From an uncultured virus (IMG/VR IMGVR_UViG_3300021963_006795) (Duplodnaviria > Heunggongvirae > Uroviricota > Caudoviricetes): a DNA stretch of 64,000 nucleotides. Within the stretch, counting starts at the first letter, position 1; each line of letters starts with the position of its first letter. The stretch lies in IMG/VR virus record IMGVR_UViG_3300021963_006795. The stretch is one strand, 5' to 3'. Shown one piece after another: positions 1 to 10,800 of the stretch. Below the pieces are notes generated by a model, which worked only from the letters and a program-made list of their open reading frames with translations, searched no databases and was not told the origin of the DNA. A program made the translations under genes and the position numbers.

Positions 1-1489
1 AACTTGCTTTGTATTCAACACCACCAGCACTAACATCATCATCCATTGCACCTACACATACAACAGGATGAAAATCTTTTGAAGAATCAAATCCAATTCC
101 TTGAGGATTCATCCAATCTCTATGATTGCATGGAGTAAGAATTCCTCCAAATTCTGGTCTTGGATCTCCAGCACCGAAATAATTATCTGATAGGTAATTT
201 AATCTATCTGGATCATTTGCACCAATACCCAATCTTTGATCATTATTTCCTGCAGCTGCAACATAAATCGTTCCAGTTAACATCATTTCGTTAGCAGCTT
301 CGTCTGTAGAACTACTACGAGATGATGATGACCAAGATCTGTAAGCACCACTAACTTGGTTATTTAAACCCTGTATCATTGCAGTGACAGATTGTGCAAC
401 TGCCGCAGAACTTGCGTTAACACTTCCAGTTGTTCCTCTAAAATTATAAGTTACTGTACTATTAGAAAAGAATGCTGCTTGATAACCCCAACTACCGTTA
501 ATAATTGTAGGATTTTTAATTCCAGTTTCTGGATTGATTGGTTTATTTCTATGCCATATTTTCATTGCATCATAATTTGTTTCAATTCCCATATTTACAG
601 CATCACCAATACCAGGCATGTTCCAAATATTTGCTTCAAATGCAACTCCAAAGTTTTTACCTGCTGCTAAAGAAGCGCATGAAGTTCCATGTCCACTAGT
701 CATTCCATTCAATCCGTCAAGAGTTGCTCCCATCGCATTGTTTTCAGTATATGAAACAGAAATGGAAATAGTACCTTCGGATTGGAATTGTGCAGATCTG
801 TTTAAATTATTGGTCCACCATGCCTTTGATTGCGCTTCTGAACCCGTTACTCTACCATCTGCTCTCGTAATTGTATAACCATTTGATATAAAATAATTGG
901 GATCAATATAAAATGGTCCATCAAGAATAATATCTCTTACTCTTGATTGTCCATTTTTATCTAAAAATTCTGGATGATATTGAAGAACACCAGAATCATG
1001 AATAACAATATCTACATTTTTTCCAGTTAATGTATAAGAAACATCTCCATTTTGTGGACTAACAGCACCAGATTGATCTGTAAAAAATTCTTTAAAATTT
1101 TTAAGTCCAGTTCTTACTACTCCCCAATTAGTTCTATCTAATTCTTCTGATGTTGGATTTGTTGTTGGAACACTTGAACTACTTACATCACGGTAAATCT
1201 TTACATTTTTTTTAAATCTTTTAGTTGCAAAATCTGGTTTAGGATATGCGTCTGGATTGTCTTGAGGTGATAATTCAATCCAATCAATATAAGGATGATT
1301 TTTTAGTTCTTCTACTTCACTTGCGTGAAGAGAAAATGTTCCTCTTGTAGGACTATGTTCTTTTTCATCTGTACAAGAAACTTCTCTATCTGGAATATAT
1401 TGGCAAGAAGAAATACCACATAAAGTATCATGAATTTCTTGCCAATATTCTGGTTGCTTAACTTTTAGAGTGTATTTCTTTAAAGTCAT
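1..1489 (-). CDS. S8 (subtilisin-like) peptidase, probably virion-associated; runs off the window start
   Basis: Not in the ORF track. Manual translation from ATG at 1489 (MTLKKYTLKVKQPEYW...) shows the Asp motif VDIVIHDSG, His motif GHGTSCASLAAG and INGSWG; the catalytic Ser was not seen within the window. Confidence 0.8.
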   Translation of the reverse strand, partial: MTLKKYTLKVKQPEYWQEIHDTLCGISSCQYIPDREVSCTDEKEHSPTRGTFSLHASEVEELKNHPYIDWIELSPQDNPDAYPKPDFATKRFKKNVKIYRDVSSSSVPTTNPTSEELDRTNWGVVRTGLKNFKEFFTDQSGAVSPQNGDVSYTLTGKNVDIVIHDSGVLQYHPEFLDKNGQSRVRDIILDGPFYIDPNYFISNGYTITRADGRVTGSEAQSKAWWTNNLNRSAQFQSEGTISISVSYTENNAMGATLDGLNGMTSGHGTSCASLAAGKNFGVAFEANIWNMPGIGDAVNMGIETNYDAMKIWHRNKPINPETGIKNPTIINGSWGYQAAFFSNSTVTYNFRGTTGSVNASSAAVAQSVTAMIQGLNNQVSGAYRSWSSSSRSSSTDEAANEMMLTGTIYVAAAGNNDQRLGIGANDPDRLNYLSDNYFGAGDPRPEFGGILTPCNHRDWMNPQGIGFDSSKDFHPVVCVGAMDDDVSAGGVEYKAS

Positions 1490-1490
1490 T

Positions 1491-3854
1491 TTAGATCATT
1501 GTCTCCCTGGTGTATCTATAAGTAACTACTCCACTAACTCCAGTTTCTGGAGTCCACCATAGTTCTACATTTCCAGATTTAACAGTTGCACCAACAGAAA
1601 CTAGTAAACTGTTATCGTACATAATTCCATACTCTTGTGAGTATGCAGTTGTTCCATTATCCATCACTAGAACTTTTTGTGATTGAATTCCAGTTGAATG
1701 TTGGAAGAATAATGTATACTCAGCATTTACAAAATCGGACACAACATAAGAATCTGATGTATATGCTATTCCAGCAGATGCTGTAAATGTGCCAAATCCA
1801 GTTTTTACTCCATAAACATTTTCAACCTGTAATGGGGTTTGTGGGTTTGTTGTTGCAATACCAACATTAGTTGAAGTATTAATACCTGCAGTGGTTTTTT
1901 CCCAATATCCAGAACTTCCAGATGTGCCATTAGATGCTGAAGTTACTCTACCTTGTCCATCAATAGTAATATTTGCGTTTGTATAACTTCCAGCAACTAC
2001 AGTCGTATCTGCCATTGTGACAGTTACAATACCTGCAAAAATTGGAGTAACTGATAATCCAGTGCTGAAGTTAATAGTTCCAGCAGTTCCCACTAGAGAA
2101 CCATTATCTCTTACAACTACACCAGATCCAGAACCAACAATTCCAGTTAGTCCAGAACCATCTCCAATATATGTTGTAGCGTTAACACCTCCAGAAATAA
2201 CAATACTTCCAGATCCTATAATGTTATTACCATTAAGATCTAAGTTGCCACCAAGTTGAGGTGTTGTATCATTAACAATATCTGCAAGACCACCACTTCC
2301 TCCAGTTGCAGCACCAAAACCAGAGAAGTCTACCCATTGACTAGAATTTCCATCATTATAATAAACAAAACCTTTTCCTAAATCACTATCAAACCAGAGA
2401 TCACCAGATTGTGCTCCTGCTGGAGGTTCTGTTCCGATAGCAACAATACTAGAAATTCCTGCACCATTTCCAAAGAAGTCGCTAGCAGTCACAATGCCAG
2501 CATTTAAAGTTCCGATAAATGTAGATACACCAGATACTCTTAAGAAAGAATCTAGGTTTACATAATTTTGGAATGTTGTAAAACCAGATACTCTTAAATT
2601 ATCTAACTCTGTATGACCATCAACATCTATATTGCCATTAGCATCTATATTTCCTGCAAATGTAGCAATACCTGTTACATTTAAATCATCTAAATCAGTA
2701 AATCCATCAACATCTAGATTTCCATTAGCATCTATGCTACCAGTAAATGTAGATATACCACCAATACTTAGTGCTCCATTAATATTAATGTTACCATTGC
2801 CAGTAATAGTTCTACTGTTTAGATCTAAGTTACCACCTAATTGTGGAGTAGTATCTCCTAAAATATCTGTGGTAATTCCAGTTAAAGCACTATACCTGTA
2901 ATTAATAGCATCAACAAGATTAAATGCAGGTGATGGATCTGATCCACCCAAAGAAACTTGAATACCACCATAAGATACATTTGGATTGGCAATATTATTA
3001 TTACTAATCGCAGCAATACCATTTAAATTGGAGTTAGTTAAACCAGTGATTCCAATACCATATCCGTGTATATCTCTAGCAGTTGCTACGCCACTAATTT
3101 GAACACTACCTCTTACATCTAATTCTACTGTTGGTACAGTGCTACCAATACCAACAAAAGCGGTAGTATGAATTCCACTTAGCGGACCAGAAGGTGCCCA
3201 TTCTAAATTAGAACCCCAAAATCCTTCTGCTCTTACATTAGTGTCACCAATGTAAACAGTAACACCAGCGCCAGATTGAAGAGCAGTTACTGCTGCACCG
3301 ACAAAATTAATTGTAGTTACATGTTCAGCATCACCAGTGACTACTCCTTCATCTGCAACAGTAATGCCAGTAATTCCACTTGCACCAGCACCAATTGTTG
3401 CTGGATTATAAACAATAATATCTACTGTTTCCCCTGCAACAGTTGGCACTGCAAGTTCGATGCGAGTATTTCCACCGAATGCACTATATTCACCTTGAGA
3501 TAGTAAAACACCATCAACATAAACATCTACTAGAGATATGTCATCATAGGGAGCAAATCCGGTTGGTGGATATAATGCTTGCCCATCGACACCTTCATAT
3601 GTATATCTTACTCTAACATTAGGTACATTTGACCACCTAAGTCCAATACCTGTAGATTCTAAGAAGGTTCCTACATTTCCAGAGGTTCCTCCAACAGAAA
3701 GATATCCAGATATCCCGATATTTGTATTAACATCTAATCCAAAATCTGGTATATCAGAGTTAATACCTACTCTTCTAGTTTCATCATTTACATATAATAC
3801 ATCTTCAGCAACTTCAAGACCATTTCTAACAACAAAATTCTTATTGATAGTCAT
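1491..3854 (-). CDS. Virion structural/tail-fibre-like protein
   Basis: 787 aa, G/T/V-rich; KNFVVRNGL start, GDLWFDSD motif, two DTTPQLGGNLDLN repeats, VGIGSTVP-type fibre motifs. Confidence 0.7.
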   Translation of the reverse strand: MTINKNFVVRNGLEVAEDVLYVNDETRRVGINSDIPDFGLDVNTNIGISGYLSVGGTSGNVGTFLESTGIGLRWSNVPNVRVRYTYEGVDGQALYPPTGFAPYDDISLVDVYVDGVLLSQGEYSAFGGNTRIELAVPTVAGETVDIIVYNPATIGAGASGITGITVADEGVVTGDAEHVTTINFVGAAVTALQSGAGVTVYIGDTNVRAEGFWGSNLEWAPSGPLSGIHTTAFVGIGSTVPTVELDVRGSVQISGVATARDIHGYGIGITGLTNSNLNGIAAISNNNIANPNVSYGGIQVSLGGSDPSPAFNLVDAINYRYSALTGITTDILGDTTPQLGGNLDLNSRTITGNGNININGALSIGGISTFTGSIDANGNLDVDGFTDLDDLNVTGIATFAGNIDANGNIDVDGHTELDNLRVSGFTTFQNYVNLDSFLRVSGVSTFIGTLNAGIVTASDFFGNGAGISSIVAIGTEPPAGAQSGDLWFDSDLGKGFVYYNDGNSSQWVDFSGFGAATGGSGGLADIVNDTTPQLGGNLDLNGNNIIGSGSIVISGGVNATTYIGDGSGLTGIVGSGSGVVVRDNGSLVGTAGTINFSTGLSVTPIFAGIVTVTMADTTVVAGSYTNANITIDGQGRVTSASNGTSGSSGYWEKTTAGINTSTNVGIATTNPQTPLQVENVYGVKTGFGTFTASAGIAYTSDSYVVSDFVNAEYTLFFQHSTGIQSQKVLVMDNGTTAYSQEYGIMYDNSLLVSVGATVKSGNVELWWTPETGVSGVVTYRYTRETMI

Positions 3855-3906
3855 TTTTTCTCCTGAGGTTCACTATCCCCTCGATGTTTTTATTATTTAT
3901 TAAATA

Positions 3907-6900
3907 TCAACGGAATACTGGGAAAGCAGTTCCACAATTATCTGTTGTTGCTCCTCCACATCTTTGTGGAGTTATACTATTATATAATGTATTTAAATCC
4001 CATGTAGGTTGTCTCATAAACTCATCAACCCAAGTAGAAAATTCTCTTGGAACTGCTGGTCGATTTCCTTTGTCCCAATATGCTCTAGATATTGTTCTTA
4101 TTGTATCGGAAAGTGTTGCTGCTGGAGATCCAGGCCAAGACCATTCAATTCTTACTCTTCCATCTGCACCATTTCCTCCTCTAGCTCCTTGAGATCCACC
4201 TCCACCACCACCTCCAAAATTTCCACCATTACCACCTCTTTTTCCACAAGCCCCTCCACATGCACCAGCATCTCCAGCAGTTCCTGCACCTCCATTTGGA
4301 CCACTTCCTTGTCCACCCTGACCTCCACCATAATCAGGGCATCCTAATGCTCCAGTGCCCGCTTGTCTGTTATCACTGTTAACTAGTCCAGCTCCACCAC
4401 CACCTCCTCCTCTACGACCACCATCTCCACCAGTATTAGTTCCTTGTCCTCCCCTAGCTCTTCCTCCAGGTCCGTCATTATCAGTTCCTCCTGCCCCTTG
4501 ATCATCATTAGATCCTTGTCCACCCTCACCTTTCCATGTAGTTCCCCCTATTCTAACAGTGCTATTTCCTCCTTTTCCTCCTCTTTGCCCCTGAGTATTA
4601 CTTCCTTGTCCACCAGATCCAACATTTATACTTGCCGTTTGTCCTCCAAAATTACCTGTAATTTCTCCCCAACCAGCACCACCGCCACCTGCACCACCAG
4701 AAGCATCAGTAGAACATCCAGAGTCAGTTCCTCCGCCGCCTCCAGCACCAATTGCAGATGCCCAAATTCTATTTGTTCCTGCAGGAAATGTTAAACTATG
4801 ACTACCTGCACCATAAACTGCAGAACTTGATCCTGCAGCGCCTCTATTTAAATTACCAGTTCCTCCAGTAGATCCTATAACTGCCTGTTCATTAACACAA
4901 CCTTGTGCTCTTCTAGTATTGAGAGTTATTGATTGTCCACCTGCAGTAATGGTACTAGTTCCATTTTCAACGGTACAATCTAGAGTCCTTGAGCAGAATT
5001 CAGCTCTTACTGTGCCAATAGTTAAAGTAGCACATGTATTTACATTAAAATTATTGGAGTTTGTTACACAAACTCTTAATTCGTCTGTGGAAGTTCCATT
5101 TTGTACTTGTTTACTAGTTCCTCCAGATGCAAAAGTTCCACCAGAAACTGAAGCAGTTACAGTAACACCAGGAGATAAACCTCCAACCGAACTACCTGTT
5201 CCATCAAATACTGGCGTAGAACATGAAACTGATCCTCTTTGCTGACCAGTAACACTTGAAGGATTAAACCTAAAATTATTAACAGTGGTATCATCAAAAA
5301 CAGTCACACGAACTGGCGTTGCACTAATTTGATTTCCTTCACCATCTATTACAGTAATACTATATGTTGTTGTAGTAGTTGGACTAATAGTAAGAGTTCC
5401 AGAAACTTGTCCACCAGGATCAAATCCAGAAGCAGAAACTACAGAAGTTGCAAGGTTTGATGTCCATCTTAATATTGTACTATCCCCATTTCTTAAATTT
5501 GTATTATCTGCGGTTATAGTAACACTAGGAGTAAGGTCAATTGTATGAGATGCACTTGCGGTTCCACCAGGACCAGTTGCCGTTATATTGTAAGTCTTAT
5601 TATCTTGAGTTAAATTATTAAATGTTACACTACCATTTTGATTGTTACCAGTATTAAAATCTGGAGAAGTAATAGAAGTAGCAAATTGAGTTTTCCAATG
5701 TAAAGTTACACTTCCATTAAAAGGAATTTTACTTGTATCAGAACAAGTTGATGTATTTGATGGACATAAAGATGCTGTTGGTGTTGGAGGATCACCAACA
5801 AGTAATTCTACAGTTTTTGTAGTAGATCCAGTAGAATTTCTTACAGTCATCGTATAAGTTCTAGTTGCTGGAACATTAGTAACTGATTGTGATCCATTTA
5901 AAGTTCCACTAGTCAAAGTATTTACTGGTACTGTGCTTACTCCAAAATCTGTAGTGACTGTAGCATTAGTAACATAATTATATGAATATCTTAATGTAGA
6001 ACTACCCCCATTTGGAAATATGAATGGAACACTTCTTGGATCTGCATCAAGTGTTAATTCTGGTAATGGAGGTGCTTTTGGAGTAATTCTAAAAAGTGCC
6101 TGTCTCTGTGTAGAATAAGAAGATGCTAAAGTAACTGTAGTACTCCTCACTTGATCATAATAAGGACATATCATTACAATTTCTACAGTATCTCCAAGAA
6201 GAACACTTGCTGAAGCACCTTTTTTTACACCATTTACTTTAAAATATGAATTAGTAGTATCAGAACTAGTTACAGTGCATCCACAATCTTTATCAAATCC
6301 TTCCGCTTTAAAAGTTCTACTATATTCTTTACCAGGATCTGCATTAGTATATTCTTCAAGTAAAAATGAGGTTATATTACAGAACCTTTCAGCAGATCTT
6401 ACAAACCAAGTATCAGAAACAGAACCTGGAACACCAGCAATTACATCAAATGTATTAGTACCAGATACGGTAAATGTTGCTGTTACTTGTCCAAGTGAAT
6501 TTGGAGATGAAATTATTCTCAAAATAATTTGATCACCATTTCTTACTTGGAAGTTAGCAGTTCCAAAGTCTCTAATAGTTTGATTATTTCTTATAACTTT
6601 GAATTGTGCAGCAGAACCATCTCCACCAGTTCCTGTAATTGAGGCAGTACCAAAATCATCTGGGGCTGTAGTCATTCCAGTCAATGTGATTGGAGCACTA
6701 TCAATTCTATTTTCTGGGGGTGTTAATGTAGCAGTTCTTTCTACTCCAGTTCTATCTACAAAACTAAATGGAGATGGAATAGTTTTAATTGGTGTAGGTC
6801 TAGTAGTAATTACATAAGTACCAATTATTCCATTTACATTTAAAGTTACATTTTTACTAGTAGAATATTCTGAAGATGCAGTTCCTCTAACTGTAATAAC

Positions 6901-7824
6901 ATCTCCATTTTGACAATTAAAACTAGCAGAACTATAATTTCTTTCTAATACACCATCTCTAACTACTTTAAATTCTCCACCAAGAATAGTAGTATTTAAT
7001 AAATTATTATTATTTACATTAGGATCTGCACCAGAAAGAGTAATTGAATTGGATTCATGAACTGTTCCTGGATCTACATTAGTAACAGGAGTAAATGAGA
7101 ATGCATTTACTTTATCATCTGCAAGTCTAGTAGATATATTCCATGTAGTTGTATAAGATCCTAATGAAATTGTGGTAGGTACAGTAGTATTATAAAAACC
7201 AGAACTAGTATTCTGTAAGTAAATATAATCATTATTTAATACTTTTGCAGAATTTCCAACATTAACACCATTAACATATAAATTTCCTGATGTTGTAATT
7301 AATGTATCTACACCAATAAATGCGTCAATATCTTGAACTTGAATTTCGTTACTTGTCCTACCAACACTTACTTCGAGACCTGTTAAATTTGTAAAGGAAA
7401 ATGGGATAGGATCATCATCAAGTTGCCTAGTTCTTACTAACCAAGGTTCTGGACCTCTTTTACCAATAGTTACATCAATATTATAACTTCTATTATAATC
7501 AAATCTATCTCTATTCTCAATGGTTCTTATTTGAAACTGCACAGTATCATTATTTCTAATGATTACAGGATTATTTGGGTCATTTGCATTAACATATTCT
7601 GCGCCATTAACGGAGACCGAACATCCGATTCCATTTGTACTTGACTCTACAGCTTTAACTAATGCTTTATAGTTAATACTAGTAATTGTTTGCGAATTAC
7701 TAGTTACTGCTATTCCAGGCCATTGATCAATATTATCAGCAAATCCAAAAGAATCTGGATATTCGTCTAGATTACCTCTCCAAGATATATTAGAACCTGG
7801 ACCTTGAGCCCCCATTAATGGCAT
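3907..7824 (-). CDS. Large virion structural/fibre protein with repeated beta-sandwich-like units and a Gly-rich C-terminus
   Basis: 1305 aa; recurring (P/N)xxFxF units, T/S-rich, GAGGGG-rich C-terminal domain. Confidence 0.6.
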   Translation of the reverse strand: MPLMGAQGPGSNISWRGNLDEYPDSFGFADNIDQWPGIAVTSNSQTITSINYKALVKAVESSTNGIGCSVSVNGAEYVNANDPNNPVIIRNNDTVQFQIRTIENRDRFDYNRSYNIDVTIGKRGPEPWLVRTRQLDDDPIPFSFTNLTGLEVSVGRTSNEIQVQDIDAFIGVDTLITTSGNLYVNGVNVGNSAKVLNNDYIYLQNTSSGFYNTTVPTTISLGSYTTTWNISTRLADDKVNAFSFTPVTNVDPGTVHESNSITLSGADPNVNNNNLLNTTILGGEFKVVRDGVLERNYSSASFNCQNGDVITVRGTASSEYSTSKNVTLNVNGIIGTYVITTRPTPIKTIPSPFSFVDRTGVERTATLTPPENRIDSAPITLTGMTTAPDDFGTASITGTGGDGSAAQFKVIRNNQTIRDFGTANFQVRNGDQIILRIISSPNSLGQVTATFTVSGTNTFDVIAGVPGSVSDTWFVRSAERFCNITSFLLEEYTNADPGKEYSRTFKAEGFDKDCGCTVTSSDTTNSYFKVNGVKKGASASVLLGDTVEIVMICPYYDQVRSTTVTLASSYSTQRQALFRITPKAPPLPELTLDADPRSVPFIFPNGGSSTLRYSYNYVTNATVTTDFGVSTVPVNTLTSGTLNGSQSVTNVPATRTYTMTVRNSTGSTTKTVELLVGDPPTPTASLCPSNTSTCSDTSKIPFNGSVTLHWKTQFATSITSPDFNTGNNQNGSVTFNNLTQDNKTYNITATGPGGTASASHTIDLTPSVTITADNTNLRNGDSTILRWTSNLATSVVSASGFDPGGQVSGTLTISPTTTTTYSITVIDGEGNQISATPVRVTVFDDTTVNNFRFNPSSVTGQQRGSVSCSTPVFDGTGSSVGGLSPGVTVTASVSGGTFASGGTSKQVQNGTSTDELRVCVTNSNNFNVNTCATLTIGTVRAEFCSRTLDCTVENGTSTITAGGQSITLNTRRAQGCVNEQAVIGSTGGTGNLNRGAAGSSSAVYGAGSHSLTFPAGTNRIWASAIGAGGGGGTDSGCSTDASGGAGGGGAGWGEITGNFGGQTASINVGSGGQGSNTQGQRGGKGGNSTVRIGGTTWKGEGGQGSNDDQGAGGTDNDGPGGRARGGQGTNTGGDGGRRGGGGGGAGLVNSDNRQAGTGALGCPDYGGGQGGQGSGPNGGAGTAGDAGACGGACGKRGGNGGNFGGGGGGGSQGARGGNGADGRVRIEWSWPGSPAATLSDTIRTISRAYWDKGNRPAVPREFSTWVDEFMRQPTWDLNTLYNSITPQRCGGATTDNCGTAFPVFR

Positions 7825-7861
7825 ATTTTTTTACCTCCAAACTTCCTCTATATTAATCTAA

Positions 7862-10800
7862 TTATTTGTATTGTGATTGAGAATAAAGAATAGTAAAGTC
7901 AGATGTTGGATCTCCAGTAGATTGAATCCTTACAATTACATAAGTATATAGATCCAAACTGTTGGGATTTCCACTATTTATTGTCAATGAACCATAGTAT
8001 CTTGGAGTCACTTGAACTCCATCAATCTTAACAACATTATTATAATAAGCAGTAGATCCTTGAGTAGTATTCATAGCAACTGTTAGTGAATCTCCAACAT
8101 TTAAGAAATTAGTTAATGCTGTTCCTACATTTGCTCTAAAATTAACCGTCCAATTCCCTACAGCAGGTTGTGTAAAGTAATAAATTGAAGATGCATCAAG
8201 ATTTAAATCAATTGTTGTTCCAGATCCAACTCTCCCTACAGTATTATCAATTGTTGTATTTTCAATAATTTCAAATACTTTCATAGTACCGACAATTTCG
8301 GCATTGCCAGCGCAATACATTGCTACTCCTGCCTTTGCACTGTAAGTAGCGAATCCTACAGGAGTTGTAGTATGAATACCAACAGAATCAATACCCCAAA
8401 TATCAGATACATTGAATAGACCAGCACCATCTCCAGTAAATGTTCCAATGAAGAATCCAGAAAGTTCAAATATATCAGTTTTATTTGAAATACCACCAAA
8501 TGGATACCAATCATTATCAGTTGTATACACCCAACCAACATTTTGTGATTTGACCGGATTTCCATTGAAAATTATGTCACCAGGGTTACCTGCTTGTTTT
8601 CCAATTAATCGTACCGCATTTTGTGGTTGGGTAATACCTACTGTATATTGTCTTGATACAATTTCATTACCTTGTAAATAAATGCTAGATGCTTCAATTC
8701 CTTTATTTGATGTTGATGTAATTTTATTATTGAATAATATTGGACCATCAAATTTAGAAACTATATTTCTATTTGATCCACCATCAACTCTAATAGCATT
8801 GCTGACATTAACTTCACTTGAAAGAATTATATTTTCACCAAGTCTTGTTGAATCAATTTTTTGAGTTTCTCCTCTAAATGTTGGATATGGAGTTGAAAAT
8901 ACCTCTTCTTCACCATTAGTAGAAACCTTTCTCTTATTACTAATATAGAAATCTCCATCACTATTCATACCAGTGTAAACAATAAATCCACCATCATAAC
9001 TAAATGATTGCGAAATTACTTCTTCATCGGCAGTAATTTGTCTATCATGACGATCGGGGAATGCTGTTGAATAGTTACCAGGACCGAAACCAAGATATTC
9101 AAATGTATGACCAGATGCACGAATAATAGAGTGTCTCCTAAATTCAGTTGGAACTGGTTTGATTCTTCTTACAACAGAATTGTTTACATGAGGAACTGCT
9201 CTGGTTCCAAGTAGTCCTCTGAAAACTTTTACAGGGTTACCAGAAACAGTTTCTTTGACTCTCATAATTTCATTATCAATTTCAAGATAGTCACCAATTT
9301 TTAAATCAGAATCTTGAACATTCCTAATGCTAACTTCATCTGTTGTTCTTGTTACTTGGAAAATTAGATCACTGGTATAGTTATCGTATGGTGCTCTAAT
9401 TCTACTAGTAATAGATTCATTATCTAATGTAATGTTTCCTGATTTTGAAGTATATCCAGTAGGATATAATGTAGGAGAACCACCTAATGTTGGTGTTTGT
9501 GTACTAGTTCCAACATTAACAACTAATTCTGTAAGATTTGGAGTAAGTTGTTTAATAATATGATAACCATTATATAAAGTTCCAACTCCAGTTATTCCAT
9601 CAATAAGAATTTTATCATTAACTCTTAATCCATGTCTGTTGAACAGACTAAATGTTGCTATACCAGTTTGATTATTATAGGAAACATTTGTAATTGTATG
9701 AGACTTTCCTTCTAAGAATGCAACTGAATTTGATGTTGCATCTGCTCCAATACCAGAAGTTGAAGCAATCCCTATTGCAGATGAAGACTGTACTATTAAT
9801 TCTTTAGTATTTCCAACTGTAATATTTGATATTTTATAGATTCCATCATAATTATATTCTTCACTAGAAGTATTAGAAATTGTTAATGTATCACTATTAT
9901 TATCATAAATTTTTGTTACACTAACAATTCCAACAGTATGTCCACTTATTGTAGAAACTCCAACAACATACATGGAATTTCCTATACCATATGCAGTTCC
10001 ACCATCAACAATTTTAATATCTTCAATTGCTCCAGATGGAGAAATTCTAATATTAGCAGTAGCATTTTGACCCGTTATAGTATTTTCATATGCTACTAAT
10101 TGGGCATTATATAAGTATTCTGTAACTCCAATACCTGAACCATAATTTAAACCAGGTTGAACAATAGAAACTTCAACAAGTCTATTTAATCCATGCTCAA
10201 TATCAGTATAAATGGTATGAGTGGTTGCATTTGTAGTTGTATTTGATTGAATATCTGTTATAGCAATTCCGATATTAAAGTCATTTAATCCTTTAAGTAA
10301 AGTTTCTTTTGTTAAACTATATTCAGGATTATTAACTACTACTTTTCCAATTGGATTGGAAAGTGCAAATGAGTTTGTCGGTTGTGGATCTGAATCTGGA
10401 TTATCTCTATCATATTGTGGATAAAGATTTTCAATAGGTTGTGAAAATTTAAATTCTGTAAATGGATTTTGAGATGGATTATTTCCTGAATTATATACAA
10501 TTAAATGATAGATACCATCCTGCTCATTTTTAATATATTCTTGTATTTCTTTTGATTTATATACAATATATGGAACAGAATATTTCTTTCTCTTTAATTT
10601 TGGAAGAGATTGTGTTCTATTTGATGTATCTGACTGAAACTCTCCAGGATTAATTTCTAAAGGTATTTTAAATTCTTTTCTGTTAATTACATCAGATACA
10701 AAAAATTCACCATTAAATCCAAGTTTTGGATTTCCAGTAGTATTAAATCCACTTATAACATTTGATATTTCAACCTGGGATCCAATACTTAGATTATGTG

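Noticed and set aside
392..8864. Plus-strand ORFs opposite the structural genes
   Set aside because: Antisense shadows of Gly/Thr-rich codons
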